Assembly (NCBI GenBank): GCA_039621445.1
Contig: CP154954.1
Location: 45,115,847-45,179,846, forward strand
Origin: Euglena gracilis
Lineage: Eukaryota
Reading direction: 5' to 3'
Length of the DNA: 64,000 bases
The stretch's first letter is position 1; each line of letters starts with the position of its first letter. Of this stretch, positions 19,212 to 37,177 are shown piece after piece. Under the pieces are notes generated by a model, which did no database searches, had not been told where the DNA came from, and saw nothing but the letters and a program-made list of their open reading frames with translations. The position numbers were made by a program, and so were the translations under genes.

Positions 19212-19680
19212 ACGTGTGCGTGCGTGCGTGCGTGCATGCGCACAGCTGCCCACTGGTACAGTGGGCAGTGGAGTTGCAATTTCATGCGCTCCCCCCCTCC
19301 CGCCGCCGCCAACCGATGCACAACAATGGCCGAACGGCGGTGTGAGTGGTGGGATGCCTGCTACATGTACCGCGCATCATACGGGGATTTCTGTGTGTCA
19401 GGTGGGCGTTTGTGTGGGGGGGCTTGGCACTCACTCCTCCGTCCCTTTTGATGGCATGCGGAGAACACCGAGACCGTGGACGCTGGGCTGTGGGGGCATT
19501 GGGGGGGGGGGGGCGCCTGCCGGCACTCCACGTGGCGGAGGGCCACCCGCCGTGCCTGCAGGCGCTGGCGGTGTGGCGGCCCGCCGCCGCGCCGCCGCGG
19601 GTGCTGTGGCCCCAGCGGTCCAAGAGCGACGCCCTCCTCTTCGACCTCAGCCCCTCCCACCTCGTGGACAACCGCCCGGC
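12784..19680 (+). CDS. Probable 5' exons of paralog B (or a separate gene), including an ankyrin-like repeat
   Basis: GC3-rich islands at ~12784-12820, ~13981-14140, ~15390-15495, ~17700-17865, ~18293-18438 (KGNYLLHTAAASKAADCVALLVDRH..LNARGES, ankyrin-like) and ~19523-19680 (ALHVAEGHPPCLQAL). Junctions and start codon are not resolved. Pyrimidine-tract-AG acceptors at ~12783 and ~15389 suggest some conventional or intermediate introns. Confidence 0.45.
14857..15280. mobile_element. hAT-like MITE
   Basis: Perfect TIR CAGGCTTTTGCTTAAGG / CCTTAAGCAAAAGCCTG; perfect TSD ACGCAAAC (14849-56, 15281-88); related copies at 43629-44425 and ~36800-37022 (partial). Confidence 0.92.
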
Positions 19681-20428
19681 GCTTTGGGTTCTGCACTGCA
19701 CTGCACTGCACTGCACTGCAGTCCCTGGGGTAATTGCGGTTGTAATTATTCATCCCGAGACATATGCCTTGAAATTGGGCTTTAAACGCAATTCAAATGT
19801 GCATTTCAGGCCCCAAAACTTCTTTCTCGTTTTGCATTGCCCAGTGGGCAGTTGCGATTGTTGCCTCTCGGCCAGTTGTCCCCTCTGTGCTGCCCAAACT
19901 GTCCCCTCCTCTGGCGTGTGAGATAAACCCTCCTCAAAACAATTTTAACCCCCAGGTAATGAACCCCCCTTTGAGGACCAATTTCGGCTGTCCACATAAT
20001 AAGCCACTCCCCTTTCTGCACGCTCTCAGAGAACAAAGGAATCACAGGATACATCCAGAAATTACAGCAACTGACGAAATTGAATCCACAAACATATCAA
20101 ACCAAGGTATCGTGTGCGATGAAAACAGCTAGATTTTTTTTGCAAAAAAATGCTTGGAAATGCTTGGAACTATTGGTGTGCTTTTTCAGCCAGTTTTTGA
20201 GTTCGAAAAGGCAGCCTTGTACCCCTCCCCAGGTGCTTGGCCCCCGGGAGCCAACCTTATGGGGGCCAAATTTGCATGTGAAGAATTTTGGCGGCCATAT
20301 ATATGCAACAGGCCGAAGGCCGATTTTAGACGGCCAAGTTTGCAAGCATGTAAGGAAGAGGGGGACAAGCGCCTGGGGGTGGGGAGGTGTCATTACCCCC
20401 CACCTTTTCCCGAGGTCCAAGTGGCCAG

Positions 20429-20798
20429 TACCCCCCCCCTTAGTCGTACGACCACCCCTCATTTATGACCACCCCCCGGTCACAGGTTGCAGGTTGCGAA
20501 AAATTTAACCCCCCAAAATAAGTCCCCCCCCCTGGCCGGTCCGAGCAAAAATCCATGAAATGGACCCCCCCCCCAAAATAAGGTCCCCCCTGCCGGCGCG
20601 AAGCGCCGGATTTTTGAAAAATGGGACATTTTGGGGGGTAAATCTGCCATTTTGGGACAGTTTTCACACACTTCTACGACCGCCCCCTCATCTATGACCA
20701 CCCCCCGGTCACAGGTTGCAGGTTATGGGGGTGTTATGACCACCCCCCCCGGTCACAGGTTGCAGGAACCCGGTCATACGACTAGGGGGGGGGGGGTA
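20429..20798. mobile_element. TA-flanked MITE
   Basis: TACCCCCCCCCTTAGTCGTACGACC ... GGTCATACGACTAGGGGGGGGGGGGTA. Confidence 0.75.
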
Positions 20799-21464
20799 GT
20801 ATGTGGTTGCTTTCAAAAATCTTTCCCAAATAATAATTTCAGGGGGTGAATAATTGAGAGATGGACATGGAAACCACAAGTGTTTTGTTCCGGTTTTCTT
20901 TTCCCCATTTTTTTGTGCTTTTTTTTTGCCTTTTCTGGATGGTCTTTGGTGTGTTTATTCGCCTGACTAAACCACAGCGACCAAGTGGATCCAGCAATCA
21001 GAGGAGGAAATCTGGGGTGAGGAGGCACAAAAGGATTGTGATAAGTATGGTCTGGGTCTACAATGCATTTCTCTCAAACGCAGATCTTCGGTGCTTCCGT
21101 GGTGTTGAAGGAGACAAACAGAAACAAAAAGGCATGGTCACTGGCACGGTGGCATGGCAAAGGCCACACACCTCTCGACACCTCTCAGGGCATATCGCCC
21201 CGTCCCCCCCCCTGTCGAGTGGTCCGACACGGTTCAGTACGGACCACCTGGCAGGGGGTGGGAGGGTGCGGCGCAATATGCCCCGAGAAATGGTATTATT
21301 TTTTTCACTCACAAGTGGCCCCAGTAATGAAAGCAAATTTCAGCAATTCCGAAAACACACAAAACAGGACAGAAAACCTTTTTCGGGTGTCACCCCCCCT
21401 CCCCCTCTCCCCCCCCCAGCGAAACCTCCCTCCCCGGGCCCCGCCGCCAGCCCTTCCTGCGGTC

Positions 21465-25503
<4,039 letters not shown>

Positions 25504-26547
25504 GCCCAGGGGGCCCGCCGGCCCCAAGAGAGGGGCGGGGGTGAGACAGGCCGGCGTTCCCCGTGGCCCGGTCTGGGGACGGGGGGGGGGGGCAGCTGGT
25601 GGAAAGTGACGGATGATGTCCTGTAAAGCATTCCCCGGTCCGCCGAGGAATTGCGTTCAGGCAAATCAGCGAGTGCAGAGGTCGGAGACAGGCCCCCACG
25701 AGGACAGGTCAGCGGCTACGGAGGGAAGAGGACAATTTCCTGGCGGGAGGGGGAGGCTGTACTGCAGGGCAGCTGCCCAGCCCCCACAAGCGGGGAGGTT
25801 GGGATGGCCATTCAGGCATGAGTTCCATCATCAGTGCAAACAGAATTGTGCTAAGTATTTTTAAGGGGGAATTTAGTAAAACTTGGAGGGGCAAATAATT
25901 TAATTTTATTCAGATTTTGAAAAGAAAATTCCCTGCTTGAGCCTTGCAGAATAACTGCAGAGGTTGAGAATAATTAAGACAGTTAAGTTCCATTTTCTCA
26001 GAACAGGGGGGGGGGGGTTGAAAGGACCAACCAAAGATTAAGCGGTGTGGTGCACATGGGGGGGGAGCAGAAAAGCAAACAGTTGCCATTTGCCAGCATC
26101 TTTGAAGTCCCCTGGTGTGTTGTTTGTTTGTTTGTTTGTTTTGGGGGGGGCGGTCTGGGGTCTGCCAGGGTATTGAGTGAGCAGTGGTTTTGGGGGGGAG
26201 GGGGGTCAGACCATCCCCCAGGGAGAAGGGTTCAGACCACCTCACCCCTCCTCCCCCCCCTTCGGACCGGGGGGGGGGGTCTGGGACCCCCCCAGGAACC
26301 AACTGGACCCAAGGAACCCCTTTCACGCCAGGGAAGATGAAAAGTTTGGTTTATGTTTTGATCGATGTGTGTTGACTTTTTCCAAGGAAAATTGCGCGAA
26401 GACACGATTTTGACCTTTTTCCCCAGGCCAAAAAAAAAATCCTGCGCTTTGCGCCAGACATCTTTTTGCTAAGGGGGAGGGGGGTCCGACCACACCGGCC
26501 CTCCCGGCCCATTTAACACCCGGGGGGGTCTGCGGGGCTCTGGCCGG

Positions 26548-29500
26548 GACGTGTTCTGGGAAATGGCCCAGGAGATGATGAAGAGCGAGAAGCAGGCCGT
26601 CGCCCTGTCCCCGGTGCTGGAGGCGCGGGTCCGCTTCGCCCAGCCCCCTGTGCACTGCGCCGTGTGTGGCGGTGCCGGGTGGACGGGTCGTGTGGGACCA
26701 GAAATGGCGTCAGTCTTGGATTTGCTCTGCCTCTGGAGTCAGGGCTTGCCCCTGTGAGCACATAGGCAGAAACCCAACCAACTTGTATTGGGAAGGCAAT
26801 CTTTGTGCCATAAGGAAATTAAATGCATTAGAATTTCTCAAAGCCTGATGCAGTGCAGTGTACATTTTCAATCACAACTCAGCTATGTGGAGCACCGCAC
26901 AAAAATGGTGTACATTTTTACAACAAGATTTTGTCCAACAACTTCGTAACAGACTGCCCCATTTTGTTGTCGAAGCACCACAAATGGTTCTCGGTGCTCA
27001 GATAGGGGGAGAGACAGGGACAACCCTGCCTGGTTGGAAGTGGGGCAGAAGCTCTGGTGGATGGGCAGATGAAGCCCGGGTGGGGACAGCGGTCCTGCCC
27101 ATCATTCACGGTCCACTGGCCATCCCATTCTGTGTCTTACCAACCCTTGACATCCGGTGGATTGAGTCCACAGACTCTGCAGAGTCAGTAAACCCCCCCC
27201 CAAATAACCTGGCGGGGCCCTTGCTCCTGGCAATGGCCAAATAACTTGGCGGGGGAGAGGCAAAAAAGGATGGTTCCAGTAACTTGGCACCCCCTTTTTG
27301 GGCGAAATTCTTTTGCGCCGCTGAAAAAGGGGGCCCAAATAACCTGGCGGGGGCTGGGCCAAAAGTTGGTCCAATAACCTGGCACCCCGCTAGGTTTTGG
27401 GGGGGGGGGTTAGTGATCTATGGGCCTATCGACAACCTCGAACCCCCAGCCTGCGTTCCTCAGCTTTGAGTTGCTGACGGGTGGGTCCTAATTTGGGTGC
27501 TCCCCGCCCTCTGCTCGGGGGGCTGGCGGGCGACCTGGACATGTACGGGCCACGGCACCCGAAGGTGGTCACCGGGCTGCTGTGCGTGGCACGGGACCTG
27601 CAGCGCCGCGGGGAGCTGCGCGACGCCGCGCTGATGAGGGGTTTGCTCAAGCCGGAGGGGACCCCCCAAGGGGGAGGGTCCAGCCAGCCAGCATTTTTTT
27701 TTCCAGCCAGCACATCCCAGCCGGGCTTTGGACCCCCCCCCCCCAGGGATCCGCTGATATAAAGTTCAGGCTGGTGAAGCTGGGCTGGAGCAAAAGAATT
27801 CTTCAGCCAAAAAAAATGGCCAAAATGGCATGTTTGCGTGGTTTTTGGGGATTTCACCTCCTAGCCTGGTATTTGGCTGAAAAATGCCAACCCAGCTGGA
27901 TTTGGGCTTATTTTGGGGGGGTACCCGCCAGGCCCAGCCAGCACGTTTTTCCCAGCCGGTCTGCGGGACCCCCCCCCCCGGGGTCTTTCATAAAACCTCT
28001 GGCGCTGATGTTCCAGCGGGCTGTTGAGGCCCAGAGCGCGGTGATCGGTGCTCACCACGCAGACGTCGGGGTGACGTACGGGCAGCTGGCGGGGGTGTAC
28101 GAGGGGCTGGGCCCAGGCTGGCGGCTGCTGATGACCCCCCCCCCCAGCCCGAGGTTTGACATGAGGAGGGCGAGGTGTCCACCCCCCCACCCCCAACGAG
28201 ACCAATTACCAGCCAACCAGACCTGGACCCGACCCCCCAGGAGAGGTTAAAGGGGGGCTGCCCTGGCCGACCGCGGCAAATCATGACTCCGGAACATGCA
28301 CAAAGGCTGCACTGGTACCTCCCCCCCCCCTTATCCAACGACCGGGCTTGTCTAACGACCACCCCCCCCCCGGTCAGAGACGATCTTTTTGTATACGATG
28401 TTGGTTTGGCCAAAGTTGCTAAAAGTTGGCTAAGAACAGTCAAAAATAGCCCAAAATGGCCTAAAATGGCCAAAGGATGGCCAAAAGTGCCCCAAAAAGT
28501 TGCCAAAAAATAGCAAAAATAAGGCAAAAATGGCCAAAAGTGGCCAACCGTAGTCAAGAAATAGCATAAATGGCCAAAAACAGCCCAAAAATGGCCATAT
28601 ACCCCCATCTATGGTAAATTTTCCTCCGACTTGGGGTCCACCCCGCTTGTCTAACGACCACCCCCCCCCCCTGGTCGAAGACGAACATTAGTGGTCGTTG
28701 GACAAGGGGGGGGAGGTAATTCATAACACAAATGTATTGTCGTTTTGATGGCCTCACTTGCCAGCACCCCTGGGTTATGTTGCGTGCTATTGATTGGTCA
28801 ACAGCACCCAAGATAACCCAGGGAGTCTGATTGGTCAGAATAAAAACCATGGGGTGCAGAGGGGCCCCAAGTCAAGCTTGACCATTTCTACCATCAAAAT
28901 GGACAGAAACGTTTTTTTTTTGGGCCAAAATTTTCGCATCTTGGCAAAATTTTCTCAAAAAAATTTGCACATTGAAAAGTAATGAAACAACACCCGAACA
29001 AACGAACACACAAACCCAGCCCCGGGGATGGCCCGCCAGCCTGCGGCTGGGAGTGGGATCGCGCCCTGGCGATGTACGAGCGATCGCTGGAGCTGCAGCT
29101 GGCGGTTTGGGGCCCAATGGAGCTGGAGATGGGCCCAGGGGTTTTTTTTTTAGTCGTAGACCCCCCCCCCCGGGGGGAGGGTGGGTGGGTCCAGCCGAGG
29201 CCCCAGGGTCCCCCCCAGGGGGGAATTGCTCAGTTTTGGAAACTTGAGGGGTGACTGACTGGTTTTTTTTGAATGATTGGCTGGTTTTCAGCCACAAACC
29301 CCCTGGCTTAGGCGGCGCAAATTGCCCAATTTTTTTTCCAATTTCTGTGCGTTTGAAGTGCGCGGGTTTCCGCTTACGATACCCCACTGTTTTGTGCTCA
29401 AAATTTTGAGAGGATGACACCAGTACGAAAATTTGGGTCGTTTAGGGTCCATTTTGGGCATTTTGACAAAGTGGCGATTTTGAAAATTTATGGTTGTTTT

Positions 29501-32500
29501 GGGGGGGGTTTGGAAAACAACCCCCCTGGAACGCCTTAAAATTTTGAAAAACAGAAAAAGGTGGGGAAACACCTGGCCTCTGGAGCCCCGGTTGTCTGGC
29601 GATGTTGCTGGACCCCCCCTCTGGAGGGAGGGGGACACGGTGTTGCAGGTGAAGAAGAGGCCACCGCTTAAGCAACCCGCGCATTTTTGAACCTCTCAAG
29701 AGTCCCGAGGTCCAGTGACGGGGGAGGTGAACACACAACACTGCCCAAAAGATGCTATAATTTCTGGAAGAGATGTGTTAGGCGGTAAACCGCACAAAAC
29801 TTGTTTTTGTGATGAAGAGATGCTACCCTAACGGAGGGGACTGGAACGGGAATAAAGGTAAAAATGAGGTTAGGCAGTTTACCGCGTAAAGAAGTGATGA
29901 TTCCTCAGGCGGAAACCCGCGCAGAAGTTTTTGAGAAAGAGAACAGTTCGTGTTTGTGGATGGCGTATGGGAGCGGGAAGTGGGAACGCGCTGAAACCTC
30001 TGGAAGTTGGTCATTACGTGAAGTTGTTAATGAACAAGTTTGGGGGAGGGGGAGGGATTTTGAGACGTTATTAGTGGGCGGTTATCCGCCTACTCCGCTT
30101 TTGCTCTGCGCGGGTTTCCGCGCAGGTATGGATTGGGCCGAAACACGCGTGGAGCTTGTTGCTGTCGCAATGGGTTGTGTTTGTGATGTTTCGGTGTCCC
30201 GAAGCGTGTCGGTGGTCGGTGTCGATGGAACAATGTTTGAAAGTCAGGCGGGACAGGTTGAAAGGGAGCGGTGGCTGCTGCGCCGGGACAGCAAGCACCC
30301 GAGCAGGCGGAAACCCGCCTGGCATTTGAGCAGGAGGTGTACACCCTCCTCTGCAATGAGGAGGTGGACGTGTTCCCCCTGGCCAGGTGGTGAAGGGGTG
30401 GCTGCAGGGACAGCAGTGGAACGCGTGTGTCAGTTGCCAGGCCGGGTGAGCTGCGGTAGAGAAGATATTTTGTTACTGTCCCGAAAAACAGCGAAATACC
30501 TGAGGTTGATTTCTCAGGAGGAACAAAAGCACCCAAGCTCCCAGGGCCCTCCATTTGGAACCCAACGGTGTTTGTGGTCCAAAATCAGGGTTTGGGGAAG
30601 GCTGACGAAGAATTGATTCAAGATATGGACGGAGAAACGCCTGTTTCAGCAGCTGGTGGCAGCAATCGAAAATTTTCGGGGGGTTTTGGGCAGGAGTCCT
30701 CCAAGTTCTGAAAAATTCAAGGCCTTTTCAATTGTTTTTTGAAAGAGTTTTACAGCATTTTTCCTTTAAAAAGCTGCAATTTTTGCTTAAATTCAGACAA
30801 AATGCCCAAACCACCTCTTTTTTTCTGGCTCTTCTTCCTTCGGGGTCGGCAACATGCCTCCAGAGGAGGCAACGGTGGTCTCCACTGTAAGAAGCCGTGT
30901 GGGAGGGGGATAAACCAGAAGGTTGTCATTCTCAACCATCGCCGGGTCGATGTTTGACCCGATGCATTTGGCTTCCATCCATGTAATCAGTCTCAGCACA
31001 AGCGTGTCCGGTCTTTTTGGAGATCACCCCTGCTCTGAGTGCCCAAGTTTAAGGGCTGCCCGTCTCTCCTTGTTTGGTCAAACCCTGCTGGTGCAATCTC
31101 CTCTCCCTGGTTTCCATAAACCTCCATCCCTCAAACTCACCACAACACGCCAGACACCATTCAGTTGCAAACTGTCTGGCAACCTGGCAACAAAGTCTGT
31201 CGTCCGTGTCCTTTGCAAAGATTCACCCCTGCAACTGGTGTCACAAGTAGGGTTGCAAAACTTTGCAAACAAGCCAGCAGAGTTCATTTCCAAGGAGGTT
31301 TCCATCTTCCACCCCCCCCCATCGTCCACAAACCCTTTTGCTTTTTCTGCCCACCCTTAACGCGGCCAGGCGGTTTCCCGCCTGACTTCTCTGACCTCAC
31401 AGCTGGTATGCCCCCCCATGCCTCCTACCCGTCATCAACTGTTTGTGTTATTGTCCGCGGTATTCCGCGTACCATTCTTTGTTTTCACTTTTAGGCGGTA
31501 ATCCGCGTACAAGTTTATTCTACGCGGATAACCGCCTAAACGTTTAACTCCGTTGTCTGTCACCTCTTGTTACGTGGTTATCCGCGTACGCTTGCAAATA
31601 TTTATTTGTTTCTCAAAGAGTGTTACTAACATAAACCATGAAGACACAGCCCCACCTCACAACCATTCAAAGTCAGTGTTTTCCAGCCATTTCAAACATT
31701 TCTAATACACCCCCAACTCACACAATTCACACACAATCGTAAATCGTTTAAGCGGAATACCGCGCAAAACCACTTTCGGAAAATTTTCGCCCAAAGCTGC
31801 AACACACCCCTCTGAACCTAGAATTTTGTGCCCTTTTAGGGGGGTTTTAAAACAGCCAAAAACGTCAAAAAACGCAAAAATCGGTTGGGCAATTCGCGCC
31901 GCCTAAGCCTGGAGCTGGAATATTCTTTTAAAAAAAAAATCTATTCATTTTGGCCCGGGGGACCAGAATGACCGACTGAACCCGCGGGAGGGGGGTTTGG
32001 AAGGGACTGGTTTGCAAGATGTGAATGACTGGTTGGGGGAAAGACCTCTCCCACCGTGTGGGACAGATCCCAAACGCCACCGCCAAACCCCTCCGCCCGT
32101 CCTGTGGGGTTCGGCTCAGTGCGTTTCCGTTTCCTGCTGGGCTTCGTGAAACGATTTCACTGTGAAGCGGCTTGTGCTGTGAATTTCCTGCCTGGGCACT
32201 GAACTCCGGGAAACGTGTGCCCTGAGAGGGAATGGAATTGGTCATTTCTGGCCGCCCACCTTGGGTGGAGTTCGGAGCATGCCATTGCCTACTAGCCCCT
32301 GCATGGGGGACAGGACAAGCGACCGGTTATGTAATACACGGGGTAGACAGAAATTACATTACCCAACAATTGAGGGAAAAAAATTTGGTCATGCGAAAGA
32401 GATCGACAAATGGCAAAGAACAGTGCTAGCAAGCTGTCGAATGCTGAAATTTACCAAAAAAAATTCTCATCTCCTCATTGAGTGAACGGAAGAGATTCAG

Positions 32501-35500
32501 GTTGTTTTCCTGAAATGAGCCAACAATGCTGTTCGGCGCCAAAGGCGCCAAAAGGTGCTATTTTTAGCATTTTCGCGATTTTGGCCATTTTGGGGAAAGT
32601 AAGTGGGTACCGGGACCCCCCCCCGGGGGGGACCCCAGGGGGTGGGTGGGTGGAGGGGATCCCCCTCCCCCCCAGCCTTAAAAAAAACCCCTGGATGGGC
32701 CGCATGTGCCACCGTATGGCGACATTGTACCAGAAGCAGGGCAACCAGGTCCGCGCCCTGGAGCTGTATGCCAAGTCCCGGGCGGTGAAGGAGGCTGTAC
32801 TGGGACCGGGCCAGCCGCTGGCTTGCGCGCCACGGAGCCTGCAAAGGTGACACAACCCCCCCCCCCCAATAACAAACCCCCCGAACCCCGATTTCGAGTG
32901 TCCGAATAATAAACCGGGGGGGGGGTTATTTGGGGGGTTTATGCGGTGGTGTGCGTGCACACACATGCGGCATCGGGCACATGTGCACACAAGCACACGG
33001 GCATGTGCGCACATGCCAATTGCGAACGTCTCGTGTCGGGCATGAGGACAAAGGCGAAGAGCCTAAGCAAAGAAGGTGTATCATCATCATGATTATAGTT
33101 GTGAATGATACCCAGCGTTTATACCTGTTTGCTTTTCAACCCAGACGTGACAACCAAGAAACTCCCCCAGTCCTGTCCCCAATCTGTGGGCCACACCCTC
33201 CAGTTTACAGTCCCCCACCACCTCACTGTCCCGAGTAGTATCCGAGCTACTCCACCCCTCTCCTTCCCTCCCCACCGGCCTGAGTCCAGGGAGGGGGGCT
33301 CAAGCTCGAACCTCCTCGGACATTTTTAAGCTCCCCCCCCCTCGAAAGAACCCTCCTTGGACGACCTGGAACGATATTCTAAGAGGTTCAGCACCCTCCT
33401 CGAACGACCTCGAACGACATTATGTGACACCAGGGAGTTTGTTATTTTGGGTTACACCAAGCAGTTGCATACAAAGGGTGCAAAAGGGAGTTGCAGACAC
33501 AGGGCAATAAACCCCCCAAATTAAAACAAAATAAGAACCCCCTGGGCCGATCGAGCAGAAATCCATTAATAAGACACCCCCCTCCAACGGTGCAAAGCGC
33601 TGGAGACGGTGAAAATTTTCCCTAAAAAATTACCAAAAACCCCAATTTCAGACACAAAATGATGAAATTTAAAAGTTTTTGGGATTTTGGAGTTCAGAAA
33701 GAAAACATGGATAATTTCAAATTGACCAGTTTACACATCGTGCGAAGCGCCAAAGGAAAAATTTAGTGTCGCTTTGGTAACCAGAAAATTATGGTTTTTT
33801 CCCCTGGCCCGGGTCGGTCAAAGAGTAAGAGACCCCCAAAAATAAGACCCCCCCCTGGAGGTTTCCCGCAGCAGCGAACCCCAAAAAATAATAATTAGAC
33901 CCAGGTCTTATTTGGGGGGGTTACCTCGAACAACGTTGCAGGAGGGTCTCGAACCTCCTCGAACGACACTTGAGGCGGGTCCCGACCCTCCTCGCAGGTC
34001 GTTGGGGCTCGTCCGAGGAGGGGGGGGGGCCTCCGCCCCCGGCCCCTCCCCCCACCACACCCCGTCCCCCGGCCGGCGGCTGGGCCCAGGGACCCGGTGG
34101 TGGGGGCCATCTCGTTCGTGATGGCGCAGCTGTTCCAGGCGGAGGGGCAGTACCCGCAGGCCCTCGAGGCGTACAACCGCGTCCTGGCCATCCAGTCCGC
34201 CCCGCCGGGCCCCGTCTGCCCCTGGCGCGCCGTGGCATGGACCTCCCGAGGGTTGGGGGGGGGGAGGTTGGGGGTTGGGTTCAGGGGGGTGGCGTGAGGT
34301 GGGGGCAGGCCGTTGCGTCCGGTATTTTCGAGGAAGGTCGCACTCCCCCAGGGGTAGACCCACCCACGGGAACCACACACCAACCCCACAAGGTGAGTGT
34401 ATGTCCCCACAGCGCTGGAATTACAGCAGAGTTACTCACCCGGCCCGGGGGAGCAACACAAGAGTACTGGTGTAAGGGGTCCCTGGCCACTCGCCACACA
34501 GCAATTTGGGCCAGAAGCGAAGTTAGCGCCGGCCATAAACAGACAAGAAGCCTTAGTGCAACCAAGGGGGGTGCTAATGGGCGGGCACTTTCAACTCCGA
34601 GTTGGGGTGTTGGGGTGGGTAGTGCTATGGCACACCCCCTGGCGCCGATGGCCCAGAAGTGTCCACAATGGACCGGCGGAATTTTTACTGGACCCCAGGA
34701 GGAGGAGGAGGAGGAGGAGGAGGAGGGTCTGCTGGTAGCCCCAGCTTGTGGAAAAGGCTTTCCAGTGCCATACACAAAGCTGCAGGATCTTTTTTGACGC
34801 CCAAAACCTGCCAACTTCCCTTTTTTTTGGCATTTTGGGATTTTTTTGGGGAACAAAGCCGGCCAAAGTAAACCCTCGAACCGTTTCACGCCCCATCGCC
34901 CCAGGTTTTTCTCCAGTCTGGACCCCCCCCCCCCAAGGCGACGGGAAATCCTGGGGGGCTCAGCTCTCTCAGCTCTGCCCTGCCCAGTTCATTGGCCACG
35001 GTGCCAGGGCGACACCTCCGCATGGCCGAAGTGTACAGCGCCATGGGCAGCCACACCGGGCAGTGGCCCGCCCACACGCTGCGTCCGTGGCACTGTGGGG
35101 AAGGGGTGTGTGCTTGGGGGGGGTGCAGTTTGGTGTGTATTTCAATCTCGGGAAGGGTTATTTGTTTCTTCGGTTTATTGTTTTCTGAACGTGCGAACGT
35201 GCATTCTGAAAGTGAACGAACTTGCACGTTTTTTTTACCTTTTCAGAATTTCCCCCACCTCCCACCCAGGGGCCGAACGTACCTACATCAGCATCCTCCC
35301 CAAAAAAACTGGTGCTGGTGGCTCCCTCAGCCATTCTGGCACGCGAGGGGGGAGAGAGGCGCCACAGGAGGAGGCTGCGTAGGAGGAGCACCCCCACCCC
35401 CCACCCCCACCCCCAAGCGGCGGGCCGGTGGGGTCGACGCCATCGACATGTACCGCAAGGTGATCCGCATGCAGGTGGAGGAGTGGGGCGCCAACTCCCT

Positions 35501-37143
35501 CGTGGTCGGTGAGGCCAGGGCGTCGGCCGCGAGGCCCAGGCACGTCCCCCCCCCCCGCCCCTGGCCATGCCCCACCCCTGCCCACTCAAGGCCAGGGAAA
35601 GAAAGAAAAGACAAACAGCAGTACGTAGTTACGATGAATGAATGCATGCATTCATTCAAGCCATGTGCGGGGCTAGGCACGCATCTGGCCCTGACGGCCT
35701 GCTCCGGGTGATAAAGGGTCTCCGCAGGGGGGCACTGGCATTTTGTTGTGCTTTTTTTGTGTTTTGCATGTTGGCAAAGGTTGTGGTTTTGGGATTTTTT
35801 TTCGTTTGTGTGTGTGCATGTGTGTGTGTGTTTCCCCGCAATTTCCCAATTCTTTGGTGGAATTTTTTTCGACCTGGAAAAATCCACATTTTGGACCTTT
35901 CGAAGTCCTGTCCAACAGAAAAGTGTACATCCCGGGAGATCTCCTGTAGGAACGCAATTTGGGAACGCAACCCAAATTTTCCAGTTTTGTGTTGCGTTTT
36001 CGAAGGTCCATTTTGCATCCCCCCCCCATCTGATTTAGGTTTCTGTCCCCGCCCATTGCTTCCTTGTCATTTTCAGGACGTTGGAACTGACTCCCCAAAT
36101 GGTCAGAGATGGCTGAGGCCCGAAACGGATTTAAACGGGCCGTATCGGGGGCCAGAGTGGCACGACGGCCAAACCACGGGGACCCCCGGGAAATGGTCGG
36201 GCCGCGAACGCGAGCGCCCCCCCCCCCCCCGTCCCCGGCCACCCGCCCCCCGTCCCCCGGCCCCGGCCCCGCCCCCAACCCCCGGCCCCGCCGCCCTGGG
36301 GGCGACGTACGCCCGGATGGCGCAGGCGTACACGCTGAGCGAGGACACGGAGTCCGCCCTGGCGGCGTGCAGCACCGCGCTGGACATCCGCCTGCTGTCC
36401 CTCGGCGAGCGGCACGACGAGGTGGTGGGGACGTACGAGCAGATGGGGAAGCCCAGGGGGCCCCGGGGCCCGCCAGGGGTTGGTTGCGGTGCCCCGCCGC
36501 CTGTCTGGGGGTGGGGGTGCTGGGTTGTGTGGTAACCCATGGCACTCGCGGCGCGCGTGACGTGTGTGACTGAGGGCCGCCACGAAGGGGAGGAGGGTTC
36601 AATTGTGTGCCAGGCTGTGGCTGGCGGTGGTCCGTTCAGGAGATGGCTTGGGGGCAAAGGGCTGAGGGCGTAGTAGGAGCCGCCCTGCCTGCGTTGTGGA
36701 AGACCCACGGGGACCCCCAGATGGCCATGAAGGCGTTTGAGAAGGCGATCCAGATCATGACCCGTGCCCAGGCCTTCCCCTCCACTGCCCCCATCCCATT
36801 TTTGGCCATTTTGGGAATTTTTGGAACAACATCAGCCAAAACCTATTAAAAACCTCATTTCCAACTCGGCACGCAGCGCTGGAGAAAATATTTTTTTTTC
36901 TAGTTGAGGGGACCCTCGGATCCCCCCCCCGGGGGGGGGGGGGTCTGGCTGGTCCATTTTTTCCAGCGCCCAGCCGATTGGCTAGCCAGTACCCCCCCCG
37001 GGGGGTCCTTAAGCAAAGCCTGCTCCCTCCCTCGACCCCCCCCCACGCCCCACCACACGCATGCACACAGCATTGTCGGCACCGCATGTTATTTTGTTAA
37101 TTTTGCCATCTTCCCCACTCAAACAAAACGGCCCATTTTTGCC

Positions 37144-37177
<34 letters not shown>

